Program-made: the position numbers and the translations under genes
The notes under the pieces: model-generated
Database searches by the model: none
Seen by the model: the letters and a program-made list of their open reading frames with translations, nothing else
What the model was told of the DNA's origin: nothing
Shown: in pieces, positions 1 to 9,734 of the stretch
Layout: every line of letters starts with the position of its first letter
Position numbering within the stretch: the first letter of the stretch is position 1
Origin: Desulfurococcaceae archaeon
GTDB lineage: Archaea; Thermoproteota; Thermoprotei_A; Sulfolobales; Desulfurococcaceae
DNA length: 64,000 bases
Assembly (NCBI GenBank): GCA_038823915.1
Contig: JAWBBY010000002.1
Location: forward strand, 49,519-113,518
Reading direction: 5' to 3'

Positions 1-1472
1 CTCAAATATACTGCATAGTTCTTAACAAAAGGTTCTTGTTTAAAACCATGTAGATCTACTTCCTTTTTATAATACTGTATCCTATAACCATAACTTAGAG
101 ATAAAAGAACAGCTTTTCCAATAACCCAATCGTAGAGAGGGGGCATTCTATTCCTCTCAATTAATTTCCATCCCAATTTAAGCATCAAATACTCCTCCCC
201 CCTATCACCATATTTACTCATTATTCTTTCACATCTATGAAATCTGCAATAAGCATCTTTGTATTGGAAGAACCATATGTAGACTAAGCTATTGCACAGT
301 GTAGCTATATCCCTCACTAAAGGTTCTTTATCAGTAATCCTGCCGGCTCTATGAGGTTCTCCTTCGAAATCAACAATGTAAACTTTATCCCTACTTCTAA
401 CCATTTGTAGGAAATGGAGATCTCCATGAATCCTGCCTTTATAGGATTCTTTGAAATAAACTAAATTGTTGAAAATAAGTTCTTTTAAACTATCGTATAG
501 TTTATTGAATCTGGATTTAATATCTTCATAATATTTCCTGAAATCCCCATCTTCTCGATTTATAATGTTGTCTAAAGCTTTAGAAATGTTTTCAGCATAT
601 GTTTCAATTCTATTATTAATCCAATTCTCAATATCCTTATCATCAATAGGAACTAAACCAAACAATTCATCTTTAATATTAACGTTAAGAGCATAATGCA
701 TATCTGCAACTATTCTGCCAATCTTTACAGCAAATTTCTCAAGCTGTTCATCGTGTTGAGAACTAATTTGTTTCTCGCGACTCATGCGCGATACAAGCCT
801 ACTATAGATATCATCCGCAAAAGGTTTTCCAGCATCTCTCTCCCCCTCAATATACTGAACAATAATTGATGATACGTAAGATTCTTTATCGTTCTCACTT
901 ATGACTCCCGGTTTAACTCTATAGATCGCTATTAATTTTGGAGAATATTCGAATTTTCTCTCATCTAATCTACTTATCATTAAGGGTTCGATATTATCCT
1001 TGGATAGAGTTGTATATGATTTAACAATTGACTCAACAGTATCTGAACCAATTTTTAAGGAATGTTTACCTATAGCGTTCGTAGAACCTAGCGATAGAGG
1101 CTCCGCTTTTTCCGATTCGAGTTTTCCCTCAACATTAAGTTTTACTTCTAATAAACCTTCCTCGACAAGATTATTCATCAATACAAAATAATCCATTTTG
1201 TAAGGAGCTTCAATTAAAAACCCATCATCTACACTAATACTTCTATTAATTAGTTCACCAGATAATTCATTTCTAGTGAAAACATATGGGAATTGAATAT
1301 ATCTCGTTTCTCCATTGTCTAAATTAACTCTTATAACTACGTATCCCATATCTCCGAATTTTTTATGTAGAGATATTTCAAACGATACATTCTTATCTTT
1401 GAAAGGCCACCATCTAGTATAACGTATCTTCTCCTTAATAGCTTTCTCAACATCCTTCTTACTAATAGTCAA
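1..1472 (-). CDS. Maltokinase-like kinase (Mak/Pep2 family, aminoglycoside-phosphotransferase fold); C-terminal end runs off the window
   Basis: Absent from the ORF track because it is open at the window edge. My translation of the minus strand from TTG 1472-1470 stays open to position 1 (about 490 codons): LTISKKDVEKAIKEKIRYTRWWPFKDK...GRIHGDLHFLQMVRSRDKVYIVDFEGEPHRAGRITDKEPLVRDIATL... The HGDLHxxQ and DFEGEP...PLxRDxA blocks resemble the catalytic loops of maltokinases. There is an upstream in-frame stop at 1514-1512 and no earlier start. Confidence 0.6.
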   Translation of the reverse strand, partial: MTISKKDVEKAIKEKIRYTRWWPFKDKNVSFEISLHKKFGDMGYVVIRVNLDNGETRYIQFPYVFTRNELSGELINRSISVDDGFLIEAPYKMDYFVLMNNLVEEGLLEVKLNVEGKLESEKAEPLSLGSTNAIGKHSLKIGSDTVESIVKSYTTLSKDNIEPLMISRLDERKFEYSPKLIAIYRVKPGVISENDKESYVSSIIVQYIEGERDAGKPFADDIYSRLVSRMSREKQISSQHDEQLEKFAVKIGRIVADMHYALNVNIKDELFGLVPIDDKDIENWINNRIETYAENISKALDNIINREDGDFRKYYEDIKSRFNKLYDSLKELIFNNLVYFKESYKGRIHGDLHFLQMVRSRDKVYIVDFEGEPHRAGRITDKEPLVRDIATLCNSLVYIWFFQYKDAYCRFHRCERIMSKYGDRGEEYLMLKLGWKLIERNRMPPLYDWVIGKAVLLSLSYGYRIQYYKKEVDLHGFKQEPFVKNYAVYL

Positions 1473-1473
1473 T

Positions 1474-2019
1474 CTATAAACTCCTGCCCCACTTGGTTCT
1501 TTCCTCTTTACTTATAAATTCGACTTCCTTAACCAAACTTATAGTATCTTCCAAGTATTTCTTGAGTTCGCTAGAACTAGTTATTTTTCCAGTTGTTAAT
1601 AACTCGTATAAAAACTGATCTCCAATACCATCTTTAACCCATATAGCTAAGAAACCTCTTCTAATATGCTCATCAATAACCTCCCGTGGAACTAACTCAT
1701 ACTCTATTATTGCATATAGTTGTTCATAACTACTAATTTTCAGTTGAAGAGGGTCTCCACGAACAGGGTCTGTAACGACGTAGGGCGGTGCTTCTTTCTT
1801 TATAGATAGTTTCTTAATGAATTCAATATAGTTTAAACCACGTGGTGTTAAACGGTAAGTATTAGTTTCAATTTTTTCAACCAACCCCTCCTTCTCGAGT
1901 AATTTAAGATACTTTCTCACAGTACTCGAGTTGACACCAAGCTTTGAAGCAATGTCATTGACGTCTACTAAACCGTTTTTTGAATAAATTAGAACTCTGT
2001 AACGAGCGATCCTAGCCAA
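1474..2019 (-). CDS. Winged-helix transcriptional regulator (ArsR/MarR/TrmB-like N-terminus) with an uncharacterised C-terminal domain
   Basis: 181-aa track ORF. The N-terminus DVNDIASKLGVNSSTVRKYLKLLEKEGLVEKIETNTYRLTPRGLNYI is a classic HTH plus wing. Its stop (1476-1474) lies 1 nt from the TTG of the kinase ORF, implying an operon. Confidence 0.6.
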   Translation of the reverse strand: MARIARYRVLIYSKNGLVDVNDIASKLGVNSSTVRKYLKLLEKEGLVEKIETNTYRLTPRGLNYIEFIKKLSIKKEAPPYVVTDPVRGDPLQLKISSYEQLYAIIEYELVPREVIDEHIRRGFLAIWVKDGIGDQFLYELLTTGKITSSSELKKYLEDTISLVKEVEFISKEERTKWGRSL

Positions 2020-2145
2020 ATTAAAACACCATTTCTAAACATATTTGCTATGAAATAAGATGTTAAGGTAAATAAAAACTTACTATCAACAATTCATTAT
2101 ACAAACAAAAACTGTTTTTCTAATCACTCGATTTAAAATTAGATT

Positions 2146-3693
2146 TTAAACCCAACCACCTCCACCGGGAGTTTCGATTAAAACTTCATCTCCAGCTTCA
2201 ATCTGTATAACAAACTTACTCGGCATAACTAGTTCTCTCCCTCCCATCCTAATCACAACTCTAGCCGGCGCACCGGGTTCTCCACCTAACAAACCGTAAG
2301 GTTTATGTCTGAATCTATCGGCTAGTATTGATAGAACAGCTTTTTCCCTAACAATAAATCCTCTCATCAAACCTTCTCCCCCGCGGTACAGACCATCGCC
2401 ACCACTACCTTCTCTAATTCTATATACTGTGTACATTATAGGGTAGTTTCTCTCAGCAACCTCTATAGGGGTGTTTAAAGTATTAGTCATATTAACGTGA
2501 ACACCACTAACTCCATGTTTACCGTATCTACCTCCAGAACCACCACCTACTGTTTCGTAGAAAGCCCAATAACCGGTTTTCTCGGAGAAACCACCTAGCA
2601 TAATATTCATCATCGTGCCCGAACCTGCAGCGGGTGTTTTCAAAGGATCTATTTTTGAGAATGCTTTTAGAACAGTATCAACTATTCTCTGACTAGTCTC
2701 TATATTGCCGCCTGATACTGGAGCGGGTTTTCTTGTGTTTAATATTGATTCCTCCGGTGCTGAAACCTCGATTAAACTATAGAATCCTTCATTTACAGGT
2801 ATATCTCCTCCCAAGAAAAGCATTATTGAGAAAACAGATACTGCATACGTTACTCCGAAAACAGCATTAAGTGGTGATGATACTTGATTAGATGAACCAG
2901 TATAGTCTATTCTAACCCCCTTACTTGAAATTTCTACACGAGCTCTGATAACTAAATCATTATCGTTTAACTCTATGTAATCCTCAGCTTCGGATGAGCT
3001 GAAACTATATGTTTCCAGAGCTTTCAATGTCTTAGTTCGACTGTACTCTACCGCTCTACGCCAAGCTTCATTAACGTTTTTAAATCCATATCTATTGAAC
3101 AGCTCCTGAACTCTATGAATACCTATTTTTACGGCAGCGTATTGAGCTAGCAAGTCACCGATAGTTATCTCGGGGGTTTTCACATTAGATACTATGAAAT
3201 TAACTACATCCCTCCAAATACTCCATTTCTCAGCAAGTTTAACTGGTGGAATAACTAATCCCTCTTCATATAGTGTTTTAGCTTCAGGATTAATACTTCC
3301 AGGAACAGGTCCTCCAACATCAACGTGATGTGCTTTATTAGCTACGTAAGCAACGACTTCTCCATTCCAATAAACTGGAGCGAGAACCATTATATCGTTC
3401 AAATGTGTTCCAGCAATATATGGGTCGTTGAGAACAATGATATCGCTATCATTCATAACTATATCGTTGTTCTTCAAGTAATTGAGAATTTGGTATAATC
3501 CAATTCTAAATGAACCAAGATGAACTGGAATGTGTTCAGCTTGAGCAACAATATCTCCATGACTATCTGCAACAACACAACTAAGATCTGTTCTCTCCCT
3601 AATATTAGGCGAAAGAGCAGATCTTTTGAGAGCAACCCCCATTTCTTCAGCAATAAATATTGATGCTTTATGAATAACCTCCCATGAAACCAT
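2146..3693 (-). CDS. hyuB: Hydantoinase B / oxoprolinase family protein (HyuB-like)
   Basis: Track ORF 2146..3768. It has long blocks typical of the hydantoinase_B family (SPNIRERTDLSCVV.D..G..VAQAEHIPVHLGS; GGGSGG..GKHGVSGVHVNMTNTLNTPIEV.E; GG.G). The likely true start is ATG 3693 (MVSWEV...), because the 25 upstream codons overlap the terminal hyuA reading frame, which stops at 3698-3696. Confidence 0.8.
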   Translation of the reverse strand: MVSWEVIHKASIFIAEEMGVALKRSALSPNIRERTDLSCVVADSHGDIVAQAEHIPVHLGSFRIGLYQILNYLKNNDIVMNDSDIIVLNDPYIAGTHLNDIMVLAPVYWNGEVVAYVANKAHHVDVGGPVPGSINPEAKTLYEEGLVIPPVKLAEKWSIWRDVVNFIVSNVKTPEITIGDLLAQYAAVKIGIHRVQELFNRYGFKNVNEAWRRAVEYSRTKTLKALETYSFSSSEAEDYIELNDNDLVIRARVEISSKGVRIDYTGSSNQVSSPLNAVFGVTYAVSVFSIMLFLGGDIPVNEGFYSLIEVSAPEESILNTRKPAPVSGGNIETSQRIVDTVLKAFSKIDPLKTPAAGSGTMMNIMLGGFSEKTGYWAFYETVGGGSGGRYGKHGVSGVHVNMTNTLNTPIEVAERNYPIMYTVYRIREGSGGDGLYRGGEGLMRGFIVREKAVLSILADRFRHKPYGLLGGEPGAPARVVIRMGGRELVMPSKFVIQIEAGDEVLIETPGGGGWV

Positions 3694-3695
3694 AA

Positions 3696-5677
3696 TTACA
3701 ACCTTTTCAGAACCAATTCGCCAATACTGCCGACTTCTATAACCCATCCAGGAGGTATTACTGTACATGAACTATATTCTTCGATAATCGTTGGACCTTC
3801 AATAGTGAAGCCTACAAATAGGTCATCTCTATTATAAACAGGCATTTCAATTCATTCGTCAAAAAATACTTTTCTAGTTTCAAGACGCTCTACTCTACGA
3901 GGTTCTTTATTCACAGCTCCTAGTTTTTGGTTTAGATTTATTTATTTTCACAGCAAATACTCTGATAAGCGTGATCTCGATATCTCTATCTAACTTAAAA
4001 CCAAATGTTGAATAATGTTTTTCTTCAAAAACTCTCTTAACTTCGAACGTGTCTGTAGGAGTTCCATCAGGAACTGTAAGTTCCCATCCCTGCCCAACGT
4101 ATCTAACATCTGCGTATCTAATAAAGTAATCTATATCACCAACCTTATTCATTAAATGTTCTTCAAGTTCTCTAAAAGAATCTTCTAGATTAGCCGGGTA
4201 AGCTTTACGCGCTTTAAATTTCCAATCAGCAAGTAGTAGACCCATGGCTGAGAATAGACCGGGATGTGGGGGTATAATGACCGTCTTTATCCCGATCTCT
4301 TCAGCAATAAAAACAGCGTGTTGAGGACCTGCACCACCATATGCAATTAAAACGAATTCTTCGGGATTTAAACCTCTCTCAATAGTTACAAGTCTCACAG
4401 CTCTAGCCATTTCTAGATTAACGAGTTGTAGAGCCTCATAAGCAACTTCAACGAGGTTTCCAAGTTTAGATAAGGATTTTTCCGCCAAATCGTAGTTAAG
4501 AATAATTAAACCATTAGCTAGTTTCAAACCTATTCTCCCCAATTACGAGGTTAGCATCAGTTATAGTTGGATTAACGCCTCCTAAACCATAACATGCGGG
4601 TCCAGGTTCTGAACCAGCACTCATTGGACCAACATGTAGTGCTCCTTCATAATCTCTCCAAATAATTGTTCCACCGCCTGCAGATACTTCAGCTAAATCG
4701 ATGAAGGGGAATCTTATAGGGTAGCCTGAACCCTTAATAACACGACCGTGATGGACCTCACTTCCTACTTCATACTCAGACACTATCGTTGGGTTGAAAT
4801 CAATAACGGATCTAGCTTTTGCAGTTGTACCGCCCATATCAAATCCTACAACCCTAGTTAAACCAAGTTCTCTTGCAAATACAGCTGTTGCCACAATCCC
4901 TGCGGCAGAGCTGCTCTCTATTATTCGAACAGGTCTTTCAACAGCTTCCTCAATATCGATTAAACCCCCTACGCTAGACATGATATATATTTCCTCTACC
5001 CCTAGTGGAGAAACCTCTTTTTTCAGAGAAGATAAGTATCTTGATACAACTGGTTTTAATAAAGCATTAATAACGGTTGTTGATGTTCTCTCATACTCTC
5101 TCGGTTCTGAGGAAACTTTGCTTGATAACGATACGTATTTAACGTATTTTTTAATAATATCTCCAACCATTTCCTCATGTATAGAGTTAATGATGGAATG
5201 TAGAAAAACTATAGCTACAGATTCGATTCCATTATCCTTAAGTTTTACCCCTATATCCTCGACTTCACGTAAATTTAGTGGTTCAACTATTCGACCAGTA
5301 TAATCGATTCTCTCAGTAACTTCGAATCTATATTCTCGAGGAACTAGAGGTTTTGGTTTCTCAAAGAACGGATCGTATAATTTGGGTCTATTCTGCCTAC
5401 CGATCTCAATAATATCTCTAAAACCTCTAGTTGTTATCAACGCTATTTTAGGAATCTCTAATCCAACTTGACCCCTAATCAAATTAGTTGCTAAAGTCGA
5501 TGCGTGTATTAAAACTCTTGGTTTTAAACCACACATCTCTAAACCTTTATAAATAGCTAATTCAGGTTTTCGGGGATTTGTTAATATTTTTAAACAACCA
5601 ATTGAACCATCTTCTTTAACATAAACTACATCTGTAAATGTACCTCCAACATCAACAGCTACAACGTTTAAACCCAA
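3696..5677 (-). pseudogene. hyuA: Hydantoinase A / oxoprolinase family gene (HyuA-like) broken by two frameshifts and one in-frame TGA
   Basis: The track splits it into 4514..5677 (N-terminal part, VDVGGTFTD start) and 3907..4542 (middle part, AYGGAGPQHA). The frames join as ...TDANLVIG|RIGLKLANG... at a G4 run (plus-strand C4 at 4537-4540). A third frame at 3696..about 3930 encodes AVNKEPRRVERLETRKVFFDE-TGA(3854-3852)-IEMPVYNRDDLFVGFTIEGPTIIEEYSSCTVIPPGWVIEVGSIGELVLKRL, the canonical HyuA C-terminus. Confidence 0.65.
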
Positions 5678-5841
5678 TTACTCATCCTCTCGTCAAAAGA
5701 ATAATCATTTTCGGAAAATGTTGATATAGGTTCATTAATATTGCATGAGAAACTTCCTATCTAGAGTATTTAGGTTTATGTATATCCCATATGGATCAGA
5801 AATTAGTTTTCATTCGAAGATGATTCGATTTAAATAGTCCA

Positions 5842-7119
5842 TTATTCAGGCGCTACTAGTATTTTTTCGGAATCGACTGTTTTAGTAGTTATTATCAGCA
5901 GTATTATCGATGATATGCCGAGTAGAGCTAAATGCATTGTAGTCTTCACGTATTCACCAAGTAGGAATAGTTGTATTGCTAACACGCTGTGAACGAACGG
6001 TATTAGGTATAATGGGTATTGAATAGTTATTGGTAATCTACTATAATCGATAAAGAAACTGGATAGAAAAATTATTGTTCCTATAGAAGTAACTATTGAA
6101 GCTATATTTGAAGCGCTACGAATACCCCTTGTTCTCGTAATAAAGGGGAGCGCTATTGATACGGATGCTAATATGGTGAAGAATGCTGTAATACTATGTA
6201 TTGCAAGTAGCGCTATATCTATGAATAACCATACGTTACCAACTATAACTGTTGCAGCGACAACGAAATAAATCATTACTGAAAAAGCATCTACAACTGC
6301 GACTATTAATCCAAGTAGTGTTGCAACGATCATTTTTGAATATATGATTGAATTCAGCGAAGCTGGGGATACCAGTAAGAACTCAATGGTTTTCCTCTCT
6401 CTTTCACCAATAATACCATCAATAACAAAGCTTGATGCTGGTACAACAACGAAGCTTAAAACCATTATTAAAAGCCTCGTCATAACCCCCTTAAACTCGA
6501 GTTCAGAAGGGGCAGCTTCACCGGTTAACGTAACGACCTCTGTTTTCCCACTTATGGGGTTCTTAATAGCTTGTTCAGAAACCGTAACGTTAGCTAATCT
6601 AGATAATGCTTTGATTTTTTGATTGGATAATCTATCGGAATAAGACCTGATAATATCATTTACAGCAGCTTCAGCTATTTGTGCTGATTGAAAAACTGCT
6701 CTGCGATAAATGATTACTCTAGCAGATTTATTTAAACTAGAAGCGTTAATGGAGAAATTCTCCGGTATGAGAACAACGACGTCGTAAATAGGGTTTTTAA
6801 TAGCTTCTATAGAATTAACCTTCTCCACTTCGAACTTCATCTTCTCTAATCTACTCGTAATGTTATTAACTAGCCACTCCGATGAAACAGTAATGTTTGT
6901 TAAAGGATCCGTGTATATCGATTTATCAGCGTCAACAATTGCTACTCTAACGGGTTGTTGAGAATATATTATACCAACTATGAATCCAAGTAATGGGAAA
7001 GTAATTACTGGTAATAGGATTGTTGTTATTATCGTTTTACGATCTCTAAGGAGATCTATGAGTTCTTTATGTATAAGTGCTTTCATGATCGAACCCATTC
7101 TCAACCCCCGAATTCTCAA
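5842..7119 (-). CDS. ABC-2 type transporter permease
   Basis: 425 aa with an N-terminal TM helix, a large extracytoplasmic segment and about 5 C-terminal TM helices. It overlaps the 3' end of the upstream ABC ATPase gene. The true start is probably an internal Met (MGSIMKAL or MKAL...). Confidence 0.65.
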   Translation of the reverse strand: MRIRGLRMGSIMKALIHKELIDLLRDRKTIITTILLPVITFPLLGFIVGIIYSQQPVRVAIVDADKSIYTDPLTNITVSSEWLVNNITSRLEKMKFEVEKVNSIEAIKNPIYDVVVLIPENFSINASSLNKSARVIIYRRAVFQSAQIAEAAVNDIIRSYSDRLSNQKIKALSRLANVTVSEQAIKNPISGKTEVVTLTGEAAPSELEFKGVMTRLLIMVLSFVVVPASSFVIDGIIGERERKTIEFLLVSPASLNSIIYSKMIVATLLGLIVAVVDAFSVMIYFVVAATVIVGNVWLFIDIALLAIHSITAFFTILASVSIALPFITRTRGIRSASNIASIVTSIGTIIFLSSFFIDYSRLPITIQYPLYLIPFVHSVLAIQLFLLGEYVKTTMHLALLGISSIILLIITTKTVDSEKILVAPE

Positions 7120-7876
7120 TGATCTTCACGAAAGCTTCTTCTAGATTAGATGAATTAGTTTTCTTCAATACATCTGCTGGAGCGCCTTCGAAGACTAATT
7201 TACCCTTATATATCAAACCAATCCTATCAGCTAAATACTCTATTTCCAACATATTATGACTACTTATAACAACAGACGACGAAGATTCCCTAACAAATTG
7301 TTTAATAATATCTCTTACTTTCAAACTAGCTTGAACATCTAAACCACTCGTGGGTTCATCAAGAATAGCTAACATTGGTTTACGCATAAGAGTTATGGCT
7401 AGTAGTAGACGCCTCTTCATCCCCTTACTATACGTTCCAGCTTCATCGTAAAGCCTATCTCCTAAACCACTAAGTTTAACTCCATACTCAACAGCTTCCG
7501 AATCTAAACCATATAGTTTAGCATAAAATTCTATATGTTCTAAACCAGTTAAACGATAATAAACATCTGCTTCTTCAGGTAAGTAACCGATATATTGTTT
7601 AGTAATCTCAGGTTTCTTAACAATATCAAAACCCGCAATTCGAATCAAACCCTTGGTAGGTTTAACTAAACCAGCTATTATTCTCAATGTCGTTGTTTTA
7701 CCAGACCCGTTTGGACCTATTAAACCATAAATCTCCCCTTTCTTAACTACAAAACTCAAGCCTCGTAATGCGTATACGCCATTGCTATAAACCTTATGTA
7801 GATCTAAAACCTCCAATACATGGGGCTCCATTTGTAAAAACCCGTGTACCGCGTGAAAATCAAATATATAGTTCAA
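7067..7876 (-). CDS. ABC transporter ATP-binding protein
   Basis: Walker A GPNGSGKTT, signature YSKGMKRRL, Walker B LAILDEPTSGLD, H-loop SSHNM. The likely start is ATG 7831 (MEPHVLEV...) rather than the TTG at 7876. Confidence 0.85.
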   Translation of the reverse strand: MNYIFDFHAVHGFLQMEPHVLEVLDLHKVYSNGVYALRGLSFVVKKGEIYGLIGPNGSGKTTTLRIIAGLVKPTKGLIRIAGFDIVKKPEITKQYIGYLPEEADVYYRLTGLEHIEFYAKLYGLDSEAVEYGVKLSGLGDRLYDEAGTYSKGMKRRLLLAITLMRKPMLAILDEPTSGLDVQASLKVRDIIKQFVRESSSSVVISSHNMLEIEYLADRIGLIYKGKLVFEGAPADVLKKTNSSNLEEAFVKIIENSGVENGFDHESTYT

Positions 7877-8157
7877 AATAGATAAATACTGTTGAGACTA
7901 TATTATCTACATTGACCAGCATAAATTACTAACTCTGAGGGTAATCAAAGCTATCTTTACTCACACTTACAAAACTACTTCAATTCAACCTGTTTTTAAT
8001 GCTTCGAGATATAGATGTTCATTGACCCATATTCAACAGTATTACAAATATCTGTATTTGTGTATTACTTGGATTTTATAGGAGGCAGTAATTAAGTGAA
8101 AATATTCTATTTAAAAACCCCTATTAAAGTTTAACTGAATTAATGGTGTTTTAGAAT

Positions 8158-8829
8158 TTGAGCATTCGTGAAAAAGTCCTTGATTTTCTAAATAGATATG
8201 GTGAAAAGGGATTTTTCGTTCTCAAATCTGCTGTTGAGATAGCTGAGGATCCCAATATTGATCATAAGCTTGGAGATTTTGATTATAAAAAACTATACTT
8301 TAAACTTCAGAGAAACGGTTTAAACTACGCTCCCCAGAATCTCTTGAGAATTCTCGAGAAAGAATATGGTTTAATCGAGAGGTCGTATACATCTAGTAAT
8401 CAAAAATGGTGGAGATTCGTAGATTTAGAAGAAGTTAGGAACGCTATATACGAGTTCATGGGTCACTTCGATATAGATGACCCTAAAATTACCGTTATTA
8501 GAGTTAAATATAGGAGTTTAGATCCTCAGAATATTCTCAGTACACTCAAGAAATTCTCTTTGAAAGAGAAGTTGAGTAATGTTGATAGAGAAGTTTTTAG
8601 AAAATTTGTTTTCGAAAATCTCGATATTATTGCTAAACTCTTGAGAGAAATGATGGAGTATGAAGATGTGTTCATTAATGAAATAGAGGTTTTGAAAGAA
8701 ATCCTACGATACGCAGATATCGTTTCTCAAAAGATTATTCCACTACATGGTTCTAGATTGGAGAAAACATATAGAGCTAATTTAGAAATTATTAAGGATA
8801 CGTATGAAGAACGGGAAAAGGATATTTGA
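8158..8829 (+). CDS. Hypothetical protein (possible N-terminal winged-helix)
   Basis: 223-aa ORF with normal composition. Its stop overlaps the start of the next gene (TGATG at 8827-8831). No family recognised. Confidence 0.5.
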   Translation: MSIREKVLDFLNRYGEKGFFVLKSAVEIAEDPNIDHKLGDFDYKKLYFKLQRNGLNYAPQNLLRILEKEYGLIERSYTSSNQKWWRFVDLEEVRNAIYEFMGHFDIDDPKITVIRVKYRSLDPQNILSTLKKFSLKEKLSNVDREVFRKFVFENLDIIAKLLREMMEYEDVFINEIEVLKEILRYADIVSQKIIPLHGSRLEKTYRANLEIIKDTYEEREKDI

Positions 8830-9698
8830 TGATAATTCACGAAATCGCGTCTAAGAAGATCGTTCCAATAGTTAAAGGGATTTTAGCACATCAATTGAGT
8901 GAAAATGGTTTTACACAGAGAAAAATAGCTTATATTCTAGGAGTTACACAACCTCAAGTAAACAAGTATTTATCTAAAAGTATAGATTACTACAGATATA
9001 AAATTGAGAAGATCGGAATTAATCCCGACCGTTTCATAACACTCGTTAGATCCATTGCTGAAACCGCTATTAGAGGGGATAAAGGTAAGTTTTTATTAAT
9101 GCTTAACTCAGTTATCGATCACCTAGTTAGAGACTACATATGCAGATTTTTCTATGATGATTTCAAAACATACTGTGATACAGGCAGGTTTTCCGATCCA
9201 TATATAGAGGAATATAGAAGTTTCATTAAGAGACTCATTAGTCTAGAATCACTATTTAAATTAATTCCAGAAGTGGGTTCCAATATAGTTTATGCTCCTG
9301 GAGAAGCATCCCATCCTATTGATGTAATTGGACTCTCAGGCAGACTTGTCAAGACCGGTTTAGCAATTGGAGTTATTGGTGAACCAATGTATGGCGGAAG
9401 TACTCATTTATCTAGAGTTCTATTGATAGCTAGGAAATACGATGTTTCGAAAAAAGTTGCTATGAACATCGCATACATCCCTCTACCAGAACCTCTTGAA
9501 AAAACGTATAGAGTAGCTTATACCGGTCCACATAGTAGTATTGAGGATTTCTGGAACTCGATAGAGAAGGCTTTAGCATCTAAACCCTCAATACTCTTAG
9601 ATAAAGGTGGTGTTGGGTTAGAACCAATAACTTACGTTTTTACTAGAGATTTCTCGGAACTAGAGGAGATTCTGCGATATATTATTCGTAGAATATAG
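8826..9698 (+). CDS. HTH plus ThiN-domain protein (ThiR-like putative regulator)
   Basis: N-terminal HTH (FTQRKIAYILGVTQPQVNKYLSK). The C-terminal region VGSNIVYAPGE...IDVIGLSGRLVKTG...GEPMYGGSTHLSRVLLIARKYD...AMNIAY...LDKGGVGLEPITYVF matches my memory of the ThiN fold signature (N-I-x-Y, GR, fGaS-H, N-I-r-y, G-x-G-x-EP). The ATG at 8829 is the likelier start. Confidence 0.6.
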   Translation: MMIIHEIASKKIVPIVKGILAHQLSENGFTQRKIAYILGVTQPQVNKYLSKSIDYYRYKIEKIGINPDRFITLVRSIAETAIRGDKGKFLLMLNSVIDHLVRDYICRFFYDDFKTYCDTGRFSDPYIEEYRSFIKRLISLESLFKLIPEVGSNIVYAPGEASHPIDVIGLSGRLVKTGLAIGVIGEPMYGGSTHLSRVLLIARKYDVSKKVAMNIAYIPLPEPLEKTYRVAYTGPHSSIEDFWNSIEKALASKPSILLDKGGVGLEPITYVFTRDFSELEEILRYIIRRI

Positions 9699-9734
9699 GG
9701 TAACTCAATAACATTCAATAGTGGTGCTTGTATT

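Noticed and set aside
8827-8832. TGATGA (C-box-like) at the junction of ORFs 8158..8829 and 8826..9698.
   Set aside because: It is simply a stop/start overlap (TGA + ATG). No CTGA D box follows within 70 nt.
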